A DNA stretch of 29,889 bases from Macrostomum lignano (GCA_002269645.1 NIVC01004967.1:1-29889), one strand, 5' to 3'. Shown: positions 7,925 to 18,684, counted from the first letter of the stretch. Numbers and translations: made by a program. The notes: generated from the sequence alone by a model not told the origin.

Positions 7925-9170
7925 TTTTGTCCCAGAAGCCCCCTCATGCCTTCTACTCGGACACGTTATGAGACAGCTGGGCGTTCTGGAATGCCTGGTG
8001 GAGACCACTGGCAACAACGGCCGCTTCAAGGCGGCAGAGCTGCCCGTCATCGACTGTTAACAGGAGTTTGGGCTGCTCGGCCGGAATCTGCTGGTCCTCG
8101 CACCGGTGCACCATGCCAGTTCTGATGAGTCAGCCGCCAGCAACAGGTATGAGAGCTTGTTGGGAATATCTGGTGCTACGGGAGAGATCCGTCTTTGTGC
8201 AGGAGCTAGGCCAATTTTCCAGGCAGCCAGAGAACTGCCCTTAGCGCTGAAGCACTTGGTTAAGAAGGAGCTGGACCTGATGGAAAGTGCTGGAATCGTT
8301 GAGAAGGTGATGTCGTCGGAATGGGGCAGTCCAATTGTGGTGACGGTGAAGTCAGATCGGGCATCCGTGAGAATTTGTGGAGATTATTCGGCTGTTAATC
8401 GGTTGGTTCAAGACCAGACCTTCCTCACTCCCTCGATTGAGACAGCCTTTTCAAAAATGGCCAACAAGAAGCTGTTCTGTCGGTTGGACCTATCGGATGC
8501 GTACTATCAGGTTCCCCTGGATGAGGAATCGAAGGCGGTGACCACCATAAACACTCCGTTTGGTTGCTACAGGTTTAGCCGGTTGCCGTATTTCATTAAG
8601 GTGTCGCCATCTGTTTTTCAACGTGTGATGGAAAAGCTCCTGGGAGACCATCCATGTGTCATAGTATATCAGGACGCTGTGCTGATCGGTGCTGCGAGCC
8701 GGGCAGAGTTGCAGAAAATTAGGGAGCAGGTGCTCAACAAGTTAAAGGCCGCAAATGTCAAGATCAACGAAGCGAAGTGCGTGATGGAAGTTAACAGCCT
8801 GAAGTTTCTTGGTTACATTATTGATGATGAAAGAATAAAACCCGATCCGGGCATGGTGAAACGTGTGATGGATGTCGAGGTGCCGAAGACCAAGAAAGAT
8901 TTGGAGAGATTTCTAGGACTGGCTCAATTTTATAGACGGCTGGTTCCAAACTTTTCTGAGAAATGTCGGCCTCTTCAGGAGCTTCGCCGCGGTGACCGGA
9001 TCAGGCTGGGCTATCGATTCAGGGTGCCAAGGCTGGCTCTGACTCGGAGCTGCGTGAACCTGAGGTGACAGACTGTGACTCCCCGCTGAGTTCTGGAGAT
9101 GAGACTTTCCAGCCCCACAGCTCGTATGATTTGCGGCCTCGTAAACCTGTTTGTTATAAAGGTCTAAAGA
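7925..9170 (+). pseudogene. pol: Defective gypsy pol (TAA at 8058-8060; YQDA instead of YxDD at 8667-8678; internal deletion)
   Basis: Translation of the ORF track frames 7806, 8106 and 9065. Confidence 0.9.
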
Positions 9171-9219
9171 CTTGTTTTGGCTTGTTTTGTTTTTTGTTTT
9201 TCTGCTTTTGGGGGAGCAG

Positions 9220-9479
9220 TGTTGGGGTTGTACTTTGGTTTTTACGTTGTTTCACTGTCTCTTTCTCTCTTCCCCTCCCGTGACTGATCATTCTTGCGCG
9301 CTATCGTTTTACCCCTACCCGTTGGTACATTTGCGCTTGCCAGTGTGCATGGTTTTAACCCCCAGCCAATCAGAGGGCATTTGTCTATTAATGTACGTGG
9401 TTTCGTGTTATGAAGTCAAATAAATACTTTCGTCACTTCGGTAGAGTTCTTTAATGGTATTCTCCTTCGCTTGCAAACA
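9220..9479 (+). repeat. 3' LTR of gypsy element 1 (260 bp) preceded by PPT 9210-9219
   Basis: GGGGGAGCAG followed by TGTTGG...CAAACA termini. CCAAT box at about 9366 and AATAAA at 9419-9424. Confidence 0.75.
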
Positions 9480-9509
9480 TGACCTGACTCAGTTTAGCCT
9501 AGACTAACA

Positions 9510-9671
9510 GCATCTTTGTTACTTTGAGTGACTGAAGCATCTTTGTTACTTTGAGTGACTGAAGCGTCTTGGTAACTTTGAGTGCCTGAAGTGTCTTGGT
9601 AACTTTGAGTGCCTGAAGTGTCTTGGTAACTTTGAGTGCCTGAAGTGTCTGGGTGACTTTGAGTGACTGAA
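9510..9671. repeat. 27-bp minisatellite, 6 copies
   Basis: Unit GCATCTTTGTTACTTTGAGTGACTGAA with variants, starting at 9510, 9537, 9564, 9591, 9618 and 9645. Confidence 0.95.
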
Positions 9672-10087
9672 GCGAAAGCGGAAGCGAAAGCGGAAGCGAA
9701 AGCGGAAGCGAAAGCGGAAGCGAAAGCGGAAGCGAAAGCGGAAGCGAAAGCGGAAGCGAAAGCGGAAGCGAAAGCGGAAGCGAAAGCGGAAGCGAAAGCG
9801 GAAGCGAAAGCGGAAGCGAAAGCGAAAGCGAAAGCGGAAGCGAAAGCGAAAGCGAAAGCGGAAGCGAAAGCGGAAGCGAAAGCGGAAGCGAAAGCGGAAG
9901 CAAAAGCGGAAGCGAAAGCGGAAGCGAAAGCGGAAGCGAAAGCGGAAGCGAAAGCGAAAGCGGAAGCGAAAGCGGAAGCGAAAGCGGAAGCGAAAGCGGA
10001 AGCAAAAGCGGAAGCGAAAGCGGAAGCAAAAGCGGAAGCGAAAGCGGAAGCGAAAGCGGAAGCAAAAGCGGAAGCGAAAGCGGAAGC
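9672..10087. repeat. 12-bp minisatellite (GCGAAAGCGGAA)n, about 35 units, fused to the 27-bp array
   Basis: Direct reading. Variants are 6-bp dropouts and GCG to GCA changes. Confidence 0.97.
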
Positions 10088-10099
10088 CATCACAATAAT

Positions 10100-11562
10100 T
10101 GAAGCTGAAGTGATGGCTCCAAGGGTCGAAGAGGCAGCAGCCGCAGACATCTCAGCTGTCCCAAAGCCTTCAGTATTTGGCTTCGGGCCAAGTCTGTTAC
10201 ACGTGCTTCAGCGGCAGATTCAGTCGGTGGTCGACTTTCCTTTGGAAAGTATTCGTGGAATCCTCGATCTTCGTGCAGCTGTCACTTCGCCGCGAACAAA
10301 TGATGAAGAACAGTAAATTGGAAACCCAACAAAAGCGCTGCCTAGAAGAACTGCAGGCGTCAATTCGCGCAGAGCAAGTGTGTGTGGAGTTCGTTGAGTT
10401 GCAGCCAACAGAGATGCCTTCAGAAATGGTAAGTTCAAGAAAATTTAAATCTCAGACTCCAGTCCAGTCCTCAATATTTATCTCACCCCTCTACCATGGG
10501 CGTATTAATTACATCTTTTTAATCTCAGCCTCAATTTAGCTAAATTAGCGTACCTCATTTTTGTCTCATTTTTTGCAATTTCTGCTTACCTCTATGTTAA
10601 ACTCGTCTGTTTCATTCTCTTTGCACTCTTCCTGACGACAAGTGACAACACAATCTCAGATAATCACGGATTCAACTATTACTTGTCAATCATATGCGTT
10701 GTTTCTGTCATTATAGAAAACTCTGCTTCTCGCTAAGCGGTCGACAGTGTCAGAGACAGTTCGGACGATAATGGACTCCCGTTTGACTCCCGACCTACAA
10801 GCAGCTGTCAGATTCAATAGAAGAGATATGCAGAGTCGAGGTTGTCTGGCAGGATCTAAAACAGCTTTGACTGATTAGCATCTGGGCTTCAAAGTAACAT
10901 TCCTGAATTATTTTCAAGGTGAGAATCATTTCATTATGCAATATCATAAGCTTTATGAGTCCGCTCAAGCGGCATTCAAATAAGTCTCAAATAACTTTGC
11001 AGAATTTTCATGCTGCAATTTTTCGCAAATGAATCTGAAAAAAAACTCAAACATGAATTGACTCCTAAGTCAGCTACTGTTAGTAGAAATGTAATATTAT
11101 CTAATACATTAAGTGTTGGAATTATTCCTACATCTCTAGCTATAAAACTATAACGCACGCAAATGCCATCACGAGCCTCTATGCTTTGGACGAAGCCAAG
11201 CCAACAACGGCTAAGGTGCATGATAAGGTGAAAAGACCTGTTGCATCGCGGTACGGACCGCTTAAAAAAGCATTTTCACCGCATCTATCTGCACCAGCGA
11301 CCCCAACTCGACATCGGATCCACGCCACTGCTCACCAGGCGTCCAGCGCAACTGCAGCACCCGTGGACAGCATTTATCATGTGCTGCAGGTGGGCAAGGA
11401 TCAAACAAGAATAAGCGTCAGTCGATGCAACGCTTCGCCTATTCCCAGCAGTCCCACAATGACCCGGACGACGACCAGAATTGCACTAGCTCTAGCGACA
11501 GTGATGCAGAAAATTTGATGGATGAACTAGGAAGAAATATACAGAAATTATTTCGACTGTGA
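10100..11562 (+). pseudogene. Possible decayed host-gene exons
   Basis: Protein-like stretches in shifting frames (KLETQQKRCLEELQASIRAEQ; LSDSIEEICRVEVVWQDLKQL; HNDPDDDQNCTSSSDSDAENLMDELGRNIQKLFRL*) with donors ATG|GTAAGT at 10429 and AAG|GTGAGA at 10919. No family recognised. Confidence 0.25.
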
Positions 11563-12439
11563 AAGCTGGGTCAGATAACGTTTTGTCCTTAATTTCACTT
11601 TGCTTTGATATGGATGGTAGATAGTAAAATTTAGTAAAAAATATATAGTATTTGAAAGAGCGGCTTAACAATTTTCTATGAATCTTCGAACGAAATTCAA
11701 CGGCTAACAAGACGAAAAGTATTTAAATATGGAATTATAAAACAGGTACTGTATGAACTTGATGGAGAGCAATTCTTCCAGTAGGTGATTAAAATAGGTA
11801 TTCAGTCAATATCAAATATCGAATGTACAAATGGCTGGCAATATAACTATATTAGGCATTTAAAAAAAGATGAAATTCTTAATAAAAATGTAACAACCGA
11901 AAGAGGGCGTTTAAAACAAAGATTTAAGTAGGCATTAATTGTTTGCAGTTAAAGTATTTACGGTATACGGATAGACTCGATCGCACCGGTATTTGTAAAT
12001 GGAAATAGATACTCGCAGGAAACATTCAAAAAGGAGATATAGCAAAAGGTGGGTATCTAGCTTTGACACCCAAAGGATTCGATTCGATACGGATTCGATT
12101 GGTGTAAGACGTGTACTAACAGCATGGCACACACGGCGTTGTCCAATTTTTTATGTTGGTTGTGGAGGAAGATTATTTATGAGTTTATGAATCTTCTCGA
12201 TAGCTAGCAGGTCTTTTTTAGTTTTGCTTTCGTTTGTAGCACAGCCTAAGCTGTAGAAATGCCGGTAGGGTGGATATTCAAACATTTAAAACGATCGTCA
12301 GTAACTTTAACAAAAGTGACCTACTTCAGCGAATATTTAAACTTTCTATCGTCGAGTCAAATTTAATTTATTAACTGACCAAAAAACTGATTTTGAGATC
12401 ATCGATTAAATAACGATTAAAAGCAAAGAGAAGATTGCT

Positions 12440-12839
12440 TTATTGCAGGTTCAGGGGTCGGCAGACTCCGGCCCTCGGGTGCTGTGAAACTTTACAATAG
12501 CAATCTGGCCCGATCAAGGTTGGTGTCTCTTCTCAGCTGTCTTCTCTCTCCTTTCGTCGTTATTTTCTCTCCCATCCTCTACTCTCCTCTCTCATCTCCT
12601 CTCATTGAGGACGACTACACTGAGGAAACGAGCTCTGCGGACCTGCACGACGAAGAAGAGGAGCCCGCAATAGTAAGTGATCGCTAAATTCTGTTCCCAT
12701 GTGTTGTGTCGTGACCAAGAGCCCGTAAAAGGGCCGTTCGTCTAACTAACCTTTTCTTACTTTTTCTTACTACTCTACTTTAAGTAGTGCAGTTAATAAA
12801 TTACTCGTGTTTCTTGTGTTAGTCTGCCGAGACACCACA
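12440..12839 (+). mobile_element. LTR-like segment abutting the LINE remnant
   Basis: TATA-like CGTAAAAGGG, AATAAA at about 12795, ends ...ACACCACA where LINE similarity stops. It shares a 47-bp motif with 18733-18780 (inverted). No TSD found. Confidence 0.3.
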
Positions 12840-13093
12840 CCATGCTTGCGGGGAAGTGGGTTTTTCGAGTGACTGGTCACCACTCGTAAACTCTTCACTT
12901 TTGTCTCATCTCAAAGGGCCGGCCCCGAGCACCACCAGGGAGCGGATTCCTTGCCTAATTTGTATTCATAGGCTTTTAGAGGGCAGTCTGCCTCGTAGGT
13001 AGTGGTGATCGCCCGGCGTCCAGGGAAGGAGGCGAGATCATCCACGTCCTGGCAGTCAGAGGTCCCTGCGGGGCCATAGCTCAGCTTTGAGAC

Positions 13094-13868
13094 AAAAACG
13101 GCACAATCGATATTTATGACATTCTGACTACATGTGACCTTTGGCTTTTGCCTGGTCAGCCCAATGCAAAAGCGGATAAAACGGTGGTCCGAGAGCGAGT
13201 CTTCGTCCTAAAATTGCTAACCCGACATGTAACTGCAAATACATGTAGTAGTCCGGGTGAGGCGATGGTGGTGTCGATGACTTCGATGACCGCCCGTTGT
13301 TGAACCATGCCCCGCTTCATCTGCTCGGCCGTCTGGTGCTGTGCGCTGGGTGTTGGTCGCCTCCGCCCTCAGCAGCTCCCGCCTCCGCCTCGGACGCTTC
13401 TGCGTCCCGCCCCCCCCCCGCCTTGCTTACTGCCATGGGGAGGGTCGGCCTCGAAGGAAGGAATGCGCAGCTTCCAAAGACCAACGTTGATGAAACTGTC
13501 GAGCGAATAGCGCCACATCACGCCTCATCAAAGCGTCCGACAGCCCCAGACTGGCTGCGAATCCGGTGCCGTCTGTGCGCTTTTGGATGCCGTGCACGGA
13601 CCGAAAGGAGCTTGTGGTGAAGCGGTTGCGGCTGACGGGACCAGGAGACCAGGAGGAAAAACGGCACAATTGATATTTATGACATTCTGACTACATGTGA
13701 CCTTTGGCTTTTGCCTGGTCAGCCCAATGCAAAAGCGGATAAAACGGTGGTCCGAGAGCGAGTCTTCGTCCTACAATTGCTAACCCGACATGTAACTGCG
13801 AATACATGTAGCAGTCCGGGTGAGGCGATGGTGGTGTCGATGACTTCGATGACCGCCCGTTGTTGAAC
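13094..13868. repeat. 212-bp direct repeat (13094-13305 and 13657-13868) enclosing a 345-bp insert
   Basis: Base-by-base comparison gives 4 substitutions in 212 bp. Confidence 0.95.
13312..13657. repeat. 345-bp copy of 18221-18565
   Basis: 6 substitutions plus a 1-bp poly-C length difference between copies. Confidence 0.95.
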
Positions 13869-13942
13869 GTGAGTACACTGTCCACGTTGCTTTTGACTTA
13901 GGCCAGCAGTTCTTCGCCTCTGTTGTTGGTGTTCTTGCTACC

Positions 13943-14193
13943 TGTTATGTTTTCAGGTAACTTAAAGTCTTCAATATACTTAAGGCATTAATTATTAGTG
14001 CTGATATCCTAGCAGACGTTTACGCTGCTCCAGGGTTCTTAGTCTTGCTCTTATTTTTCTTCATTTCACATTCTCACAGCGGGCTTTTAACCCAAGCCTG
14101 TTTTGCAGCTTAATTTAGTCCATTGATAAAACAAAACGCGTCAAACTGCATATGCAATTAAAATAATATTAATATTATAGCCACGTCATATCA
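13943..14193 (-). repeat. 3' LTR of gypsy element 2 (251 bp) with PPT at 14205-14194
   Basis: The pol stop is followed immediately by AGGAAAGAGGGA, then TGATATG...CATAACA (6/7 inverted termini), after which LINE coding sequence resumes. Confidence 0.8.
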
Positions 14194-14205
14194 TCCCTCT
14201 TTCCT

Positions 14206-17200
14206 TCAAGATGCTTGGTACCTGTCCGGTGCTCTCCGGATACGCACTGGGTACCTGGACTCCGAAGGTTGAATTGAACTTGGTTCTTCATCGTCTTCGA
14301 TAGGCTTGGGGGTTTCAGCCTCGGCTCTGTCTCTGACATGGTTCCGGTGCACCACCAGATCTCGTCCTCTATGGTCCTGTACTCGTCTCAGCTGTTCTCC
14401 AACCGCTTCTTGAAGTACTCCCTCTCTCCACTCCTTGTTGAAGGGATCTTGGATCCAAACAGGACTGTGAATTTGATCTGTTTTCTTGTCCTGGAACGAC
14501 CGACGATGTAGCAATGACAGTCTAGTATTAAACTGGCGCCCAAACATTTCTCGACACGGAGCGACACCGTTGGCTCTTGGGCCGACTCGAATGGCGTACA
14601 AAGCTTGTTGCATTCGAACTTCCGGGTCTGGATCGTTTAGCTGTTTTAGCTTGGTCTTCAGCTTTTTCACTGCTACCTCGGCTACTCCATTCGAAGCGGG
14701 ATGGTATCTGGGTGACTTGAGGTGTAGCACTCCAATTCGCTTTAACCAGGCTTCTGTTTCACTTGCAACGAACTGTGGTCCATTGTCAGTAACCAGTACT
14801 TCCGGGATGCCAAAGTTGCAAAACGTTCTTCGCAGCACTTTGATGATGGCTGCCGCATCAGTATCACGAATCCATTCGGCGCTAATAAATCCAGTCTTAG
14901 CGTCCGAGACCACGAGAAAATATCTTCCTTCTAATTGACCCAGGTCAGCATGCACTCGGCACCAGGCTTCCTTTGGTACTGGCCACGGTCTGAGCACAGC
15001 TTTCTGTGACGGTCTTAGGCGTTGACACGTGTGACACTCGGCCACGCACTTTTCAATCTCCGCCTCCATATTTGGCCACCACACATACTGCCGCGCCCAA
15101 GCCTTCATTGCTTGGATTTCTGGATGGGAATCATGGAGAAAGCGCATAACTTGTGCTCTCAACTTTGAAGGGATGGCAATTCGTTGGTCAAATAGCAGTA
15201 GGTTATCCTCGCAGCTCAGTCTGTTCTGCACTTTCCGGAATGGCTCTGGAATATCTTCCCCAGATCGCAAACGACCTAGAACTTCTTGGATCTCCACGTC
15301 TTTTCGGGTTGCCTGTTCTATTTGATCCGCATTGACTGGTCCTTCGTCGGACAGGGAGATATCCACCGCAGCGATTTCGTTCACTGCTTCAGTCACTGAC
15401 CTATCACTCCAGTTGTTTCCCTCAGTTGGGAGTCTTGATAGCGCATCTGCATGTGGAATTTCGTGTGTCCTTTTCCCTCTGATGTTATATTGGTACGTTG
15501 CAAGCAGTTCCGCCCAGCGCTGCACTCGTTTGCTCGCTCTTTCAGGCAGGTCCTTGTGAGATGCGAACAGAAATTCTAGCGGTCTGTGATCTGTCACAAT
15601 CACAAAACTTCGATAGGCCAGAAATCTATTTAACTTCTTGACGCACCAAACCTCACCAAGAGCTTCTCGCTCAAGTTGGCTGTATCGCGACTCGGCAGGT
15701 GTGAGTTTCTTAGACACAAACGCTACAGGCCTTCCATTTTGCTCCAGCACTCCTCCAATGCCGTAGGGCGATGCATCTGTAGTCAGAGTTAGCTCCTCAC
15801 TTGGATCGTACGGCGCTAGCACCTGCCTTGATGTAATGTCCTGCTTCAATTGCATCACGGCCTTTGTGTGCTCTTCTTGCCATGTCCAGCTGACATCTTT
15901 CTTCAGCAGGTCATACAGAATGGCAGTCTTCGTGGCCACTTGCGGAATGAACGGCGCATAGAAATTTATCAGTCCCAGAAAAGTTCTCAGCTCTTCCTGG
16001 TTTCTTGGATCTTCCATGCTTTGTATTGCCGTTACCTTATCCTCGTTCATGCAGCATCCATCCTTTGAGATCTTAAGGGCTAGAAACTCGACCTCCTCCT
16101 TGTCGAACTGGCACTTCTTAGCATTCAGTGTGATGTCATTCTCTTGCAGCCTTTTAAGTATTATTTCCGTCTTCTCGGCTAAATTTTCCCGGTTTTTTTC
16201 CACAGACTAGAATGTCGTCAATGAACACCACCACTCCGAGGACATCCCGAAGCAACTCGCATAGTGTGTTCTGAAACAATCCAGGAGCAGATGACAGTCC
16301 GTATGGTAATACCCTGTACCGAAAGTAACCAAAAGGTGTTGCGATAGTAGTGATATCCCGTGAGTCCTCGCACAGCTCAAGGTTATGGTATGCATCCTTC
16401 AAATCTAGCACAGTGAAACGGCTGCATCCTGAGATGGCTCGTTGCACATCCGCCTTTGTTGGCATATCGATTGGCGGTAGCCGTAAAAACTGGTTGACCC
16501 GTCTATAGTCTCCACACAGCCTGATGTCTCCCGAGCTTTTGGGAACGACCACAATCGGAATAGCAAACACCGGCTGTTCTACTTTTTCAATTATCTTCCG
16601 CTTTTCCAGATCTTCTAATCTTTCCTTAACGGCTGGTACCAGCGAAAATGGGAGTGGTCGGGCCTTCGATACCACTGGTCTCGTGTTTTCTTCTACTTCC
16701 AACTTTACTTGAATTCGCTTATAAGCCACTGAAGCTTGACAACGGCGTTTTGTAACTTCGATACCCAAACTACTGAACCAATTTCGGCCAATAACCGGCT
16801 TTGCGTTCATCTCCATGACTACCACAGGTAATGAGCACTCACTTTCATCTTCGGTCTAAACTCGAACATCTGCGGTACCACATACTGGTAGGTCTTGTCC
16901 TCCATATGATGTTAGTCGACAATTTGGGTCTGTCCAATGCAGTCCTAGTTGTTCAGCCAAAATCTTAGGAATGCAGGTCACTGATGCTCCAGAGTCCACC
17001 ATCATAGCAACGTCCTTATCGTTCAGTTTTACATTGATCCAGACGCTTGATCTGTCCCGGTCATCGCATAAGCTAAAAAGCTCATTGTCCTTGGCTGGTT
17101 TATCCTCCTTGATTCCTGCACACTCTCGCATTGACAGCTTTCCTTTGATGGAGCCGGATGCCATCCTTCCATGTGAGCTAGCTGGCTTATTAAGCTTACA

Positions 17201-17455
17201 TGCAGCTTTAAAATGGTTCATTTTCCCACATTTTCGACATTTTGCTCCAAACGCAGGGCATGCCTTTGGCGGGTGCCTCATCATACAGAAATTGCAAGCC
17301 TTACTGAATGTGCGTCCCTGAGCTTGGGCCCTATTTTGTTGTCGTACTCTGCCCTTGGTCGCACTGACTGTTTCCACCTTTCCATTAGCGCTTAAGGCAC
17401 TCTTGCTTACTTGCTCTTGCGCCGTGGCGGTCTCCACTGCCAGCTCCAGGGTCAA
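14206..17455 (-). pseudogene. pol: gag-pol of gypsy element 2 with an in-frame TAG at 16858-16856 and a frameshift in the A7 run at about 16193-16199
   Basis: ORFs 16856-17479 and 16154-16825 share a frame. ORF 14206-16203 carries the RT C-terminus, RNase H and integrase intact. Confidence 0.93.
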
Positions 17456-17475
17456 AAGCCAATGCACCAATTTCA

Positions 17476-17871
17476 CCAATGCATGTGGTGCGCACTTACT
17501 TTCCTTTCAATGAGCAGCTCGAACTGATGGGACACGGCGTAGTCAAGCTAGCGCGTCGCAGAACACTGGATTGTCGCGCGAAAAGTAGACGGATGCTATA
17601 CCAGCGCATATTTATTGGGAAGGAGGTTATTGATTCAAAAAACACAGATGTCCCTACAGTCCAAGGGTCAGGTTTAATTCATGCCTCAAAAGCTTTTGCA
17701 GCAAAAATCAAAGATCTTGAGCGAGGCTGGGAGTCTGCCATGCAAAAGCAGTGCGTGGTAGCCAGACGGTACATTAATTGGCTTACCTTTAGTCATCCAG
17801 GGAGCTATTTCTGTCGTGCGCACCAGGTTGACTGACGCCTTCACGCAGTGCTGGGTGTTAGTCTGCAGACA
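17476..17871 (-). pseudogene. APE-type LINE ORF2: N-half of the endonuclease, frameshifted
   Basis: CLQTNTQHCVKASVNL, PW..KG, PRSRSLIF, CRDICV, IASVYFSRD and ELLIERKVSAHHMHW correspond to the LQxNxxH, QEPW, S.Y.P and GDxNAHHxxW motifs. Confidence 0.8.
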
Positions 17872-18600
17872 TCAGGTGTAGACGCTGGCATCATTGCAGA
17901 TCGGGCGTTGCAGCCGTCAGGAGTTTCTCCTCCTCCTCGGCGCTCCACCAGCTTCGGGTGGGGATCACCGGTGTCCATGGGCTCCTCTTCAACGAAAAGC
18001 CCCTGACCAGCAGGAAGGCAGCCTTCGTCCATCGGCTGCAGGGTCCTCTACCTCGGATTGGTCAAATGCCCTGGAGCAGCCAGCCACCAGGGCAGGGGGT
18101 CCGTCTCAGGTCGGCCATGCCCCGGGGGGTTGGGCCCAGCTGGGACGTCCCTGGACAAACTGGTGCGTCTGGACGTCCGGGCGACCTCTCGCCTCAGCTG
18201 GCTGATTTTGGCAATGCGGACCGCTTCATCTGCTCGGCCGTCTGGTTCTGTGCGCTGGGTGTTGGTCGCCTCCGCCCTCAGCAGCTCCCGCCTCCGCCTC
18301 GGACGCTTCCGCGTCCCGCCCCCCCCCGCCTTGCTTACTGCCATGGGGAGGGTCGGCCTCGAAGGAAGGAATGCGCAGCTTCCAAAGACCAACGTTGATG
18401 AAACTGTCGAGCGGATAGCGCCACATCACGCCTCATCAAAGCGTCCGACAGCCCCAGGCTGGCTGTGAATCCGGTGCCGTCTGTGCGCTTTTGGATGCCG
18501 TGCACGGACAGAAAGGAGCTTGTGGTGAAGCGGTTGCGGCTGACGGGACCAGGAGACCAGGAGGAGCTTGTGGCTAAGCGGGTGAAAAGTTCGCTTTAGA
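17872..18600 (-). other. GC-rich putative 5' region/ORF1 of the same LINE, degenerate
   Basis: Directly upstream of ORF2. A low-complexity frame 18392-17841 with one stop (KRPRRRR, EEEPMDT). No zinc knuckle seen, so the ORF1 identity is positional inference. Confidence 0.45.
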
Positions 18601-18615
18601 CAGAAAAAGAGAGGT

Positions 18616-18681
<66 letters not shown>
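18616..18681. repeat. (AGAT)3(AG)n microsatellite
   Basis: Direct reading. Confidence 0.98.

Positions 18682-18684
<3 letters not shown>

Larger units (their letters stand above)
1..7925. mobile_element. Maverick/Polinton (adintovirus-like) endogenous element, partial; continues past the left edge, right side interrupted by a Ty3/gypsy remnant
   Basis: Co-occurrence of protein-primed PolB, retroviral-type integrase, PLA2-like ORF and pX-like ORF with very short AT-rich intergenic spacers. The right boundary is inferred from the shared promoter palindrome at 7507-7520 and the switch to gypsy protease sequence at about 7925. No TIR was seen. Confidence 0.9.
7925..9479 (+). mobile_element. Ty3/gypsy (Mag-like) LTR retrotransposon remnant: partial protease, RT, integrase tail, PPT, 3' LTR
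   Basis: Protease C-half LPVIDC*QEFGLLGRNLL is in frame with RT (WGSPIV, ICGDY, LDLSDAYYQ, FLGY, FLGLAQFY). RNase H and integrase core are deleted at about 8997, joining to the tail YDLRPRKPVCY. Confidence 0.9.
12840..13942 (-). pseudogene. APE-type LINE ORF2: C-half of the endonuclease and linker, frameshifted and rearranged
   Basis: Minus-strand translation across frames: GSKNTNNRGEELL, LTFNNGRSS(E)VIDTTIASP, DEDSLSDHRFIRF, then TYEADCPLK...APWW. These are hallmarks of R1/LOA-like APE endonucleases. Confidence 0.8.
13943..17475 (-). mobile_element. Ty3/gypsy (Mag-like) LTR retrotransposon, 5'-truncated, inserted in the LINE endonuclease
   Basis: Gag C-terminus (LTLELAV; two Zn knuckles CNFC..H....C and CRKC....H....C), protease VDSGAS, RT FIDD, RNase H TDAS, integrase HHCC and D-D-E, PPT and 3' LTR. 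Confidence 0.95.

Noticed and set aside
8058-16858. Programmed stop-codon readthrough shared by both gypsy proteases (TAA 8058, TAG 16858)
   Set aside because: The stops are at different positions within the protease, not at a gag-pol boundary, and both elements carry other lesions.
17479-17835. 118-aa plus-strand ORF as a captured gene
   Set aside because: It is the antisense of the frameshifted LINE endonuclease N-half.
12816-17866. Shared 12-mer GTGTTAGTCTGC (12816, 17855) and 10-bp inverted repeat 12458-12467/12821-12830
   Set aside because: Too short, with no extension. The 17855 copy is LINE coding sequence, so chance is likely.
13094-18565. Split direct repeats (A1-body-B1-A2-B2) as in Ngaro/PAT tyrosine-recombinase retrotransposons, here apparently enclosing a gypsy pol
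   Set aside because: The topology matches, but the 212-bp repeat is LINE endonuclease coding sequence that continues on both sides, the gypsy has its own PPT and LTR, and no tyrosine recombinase is present. A local rearrangement explains it better.
13312-18565. 345-bp repeats as the LTR pair of gypsy element 2
   Set aside because: No TG...CA ends or PBS. The true 3' LTR is 13943-14193, directly after the PPT.
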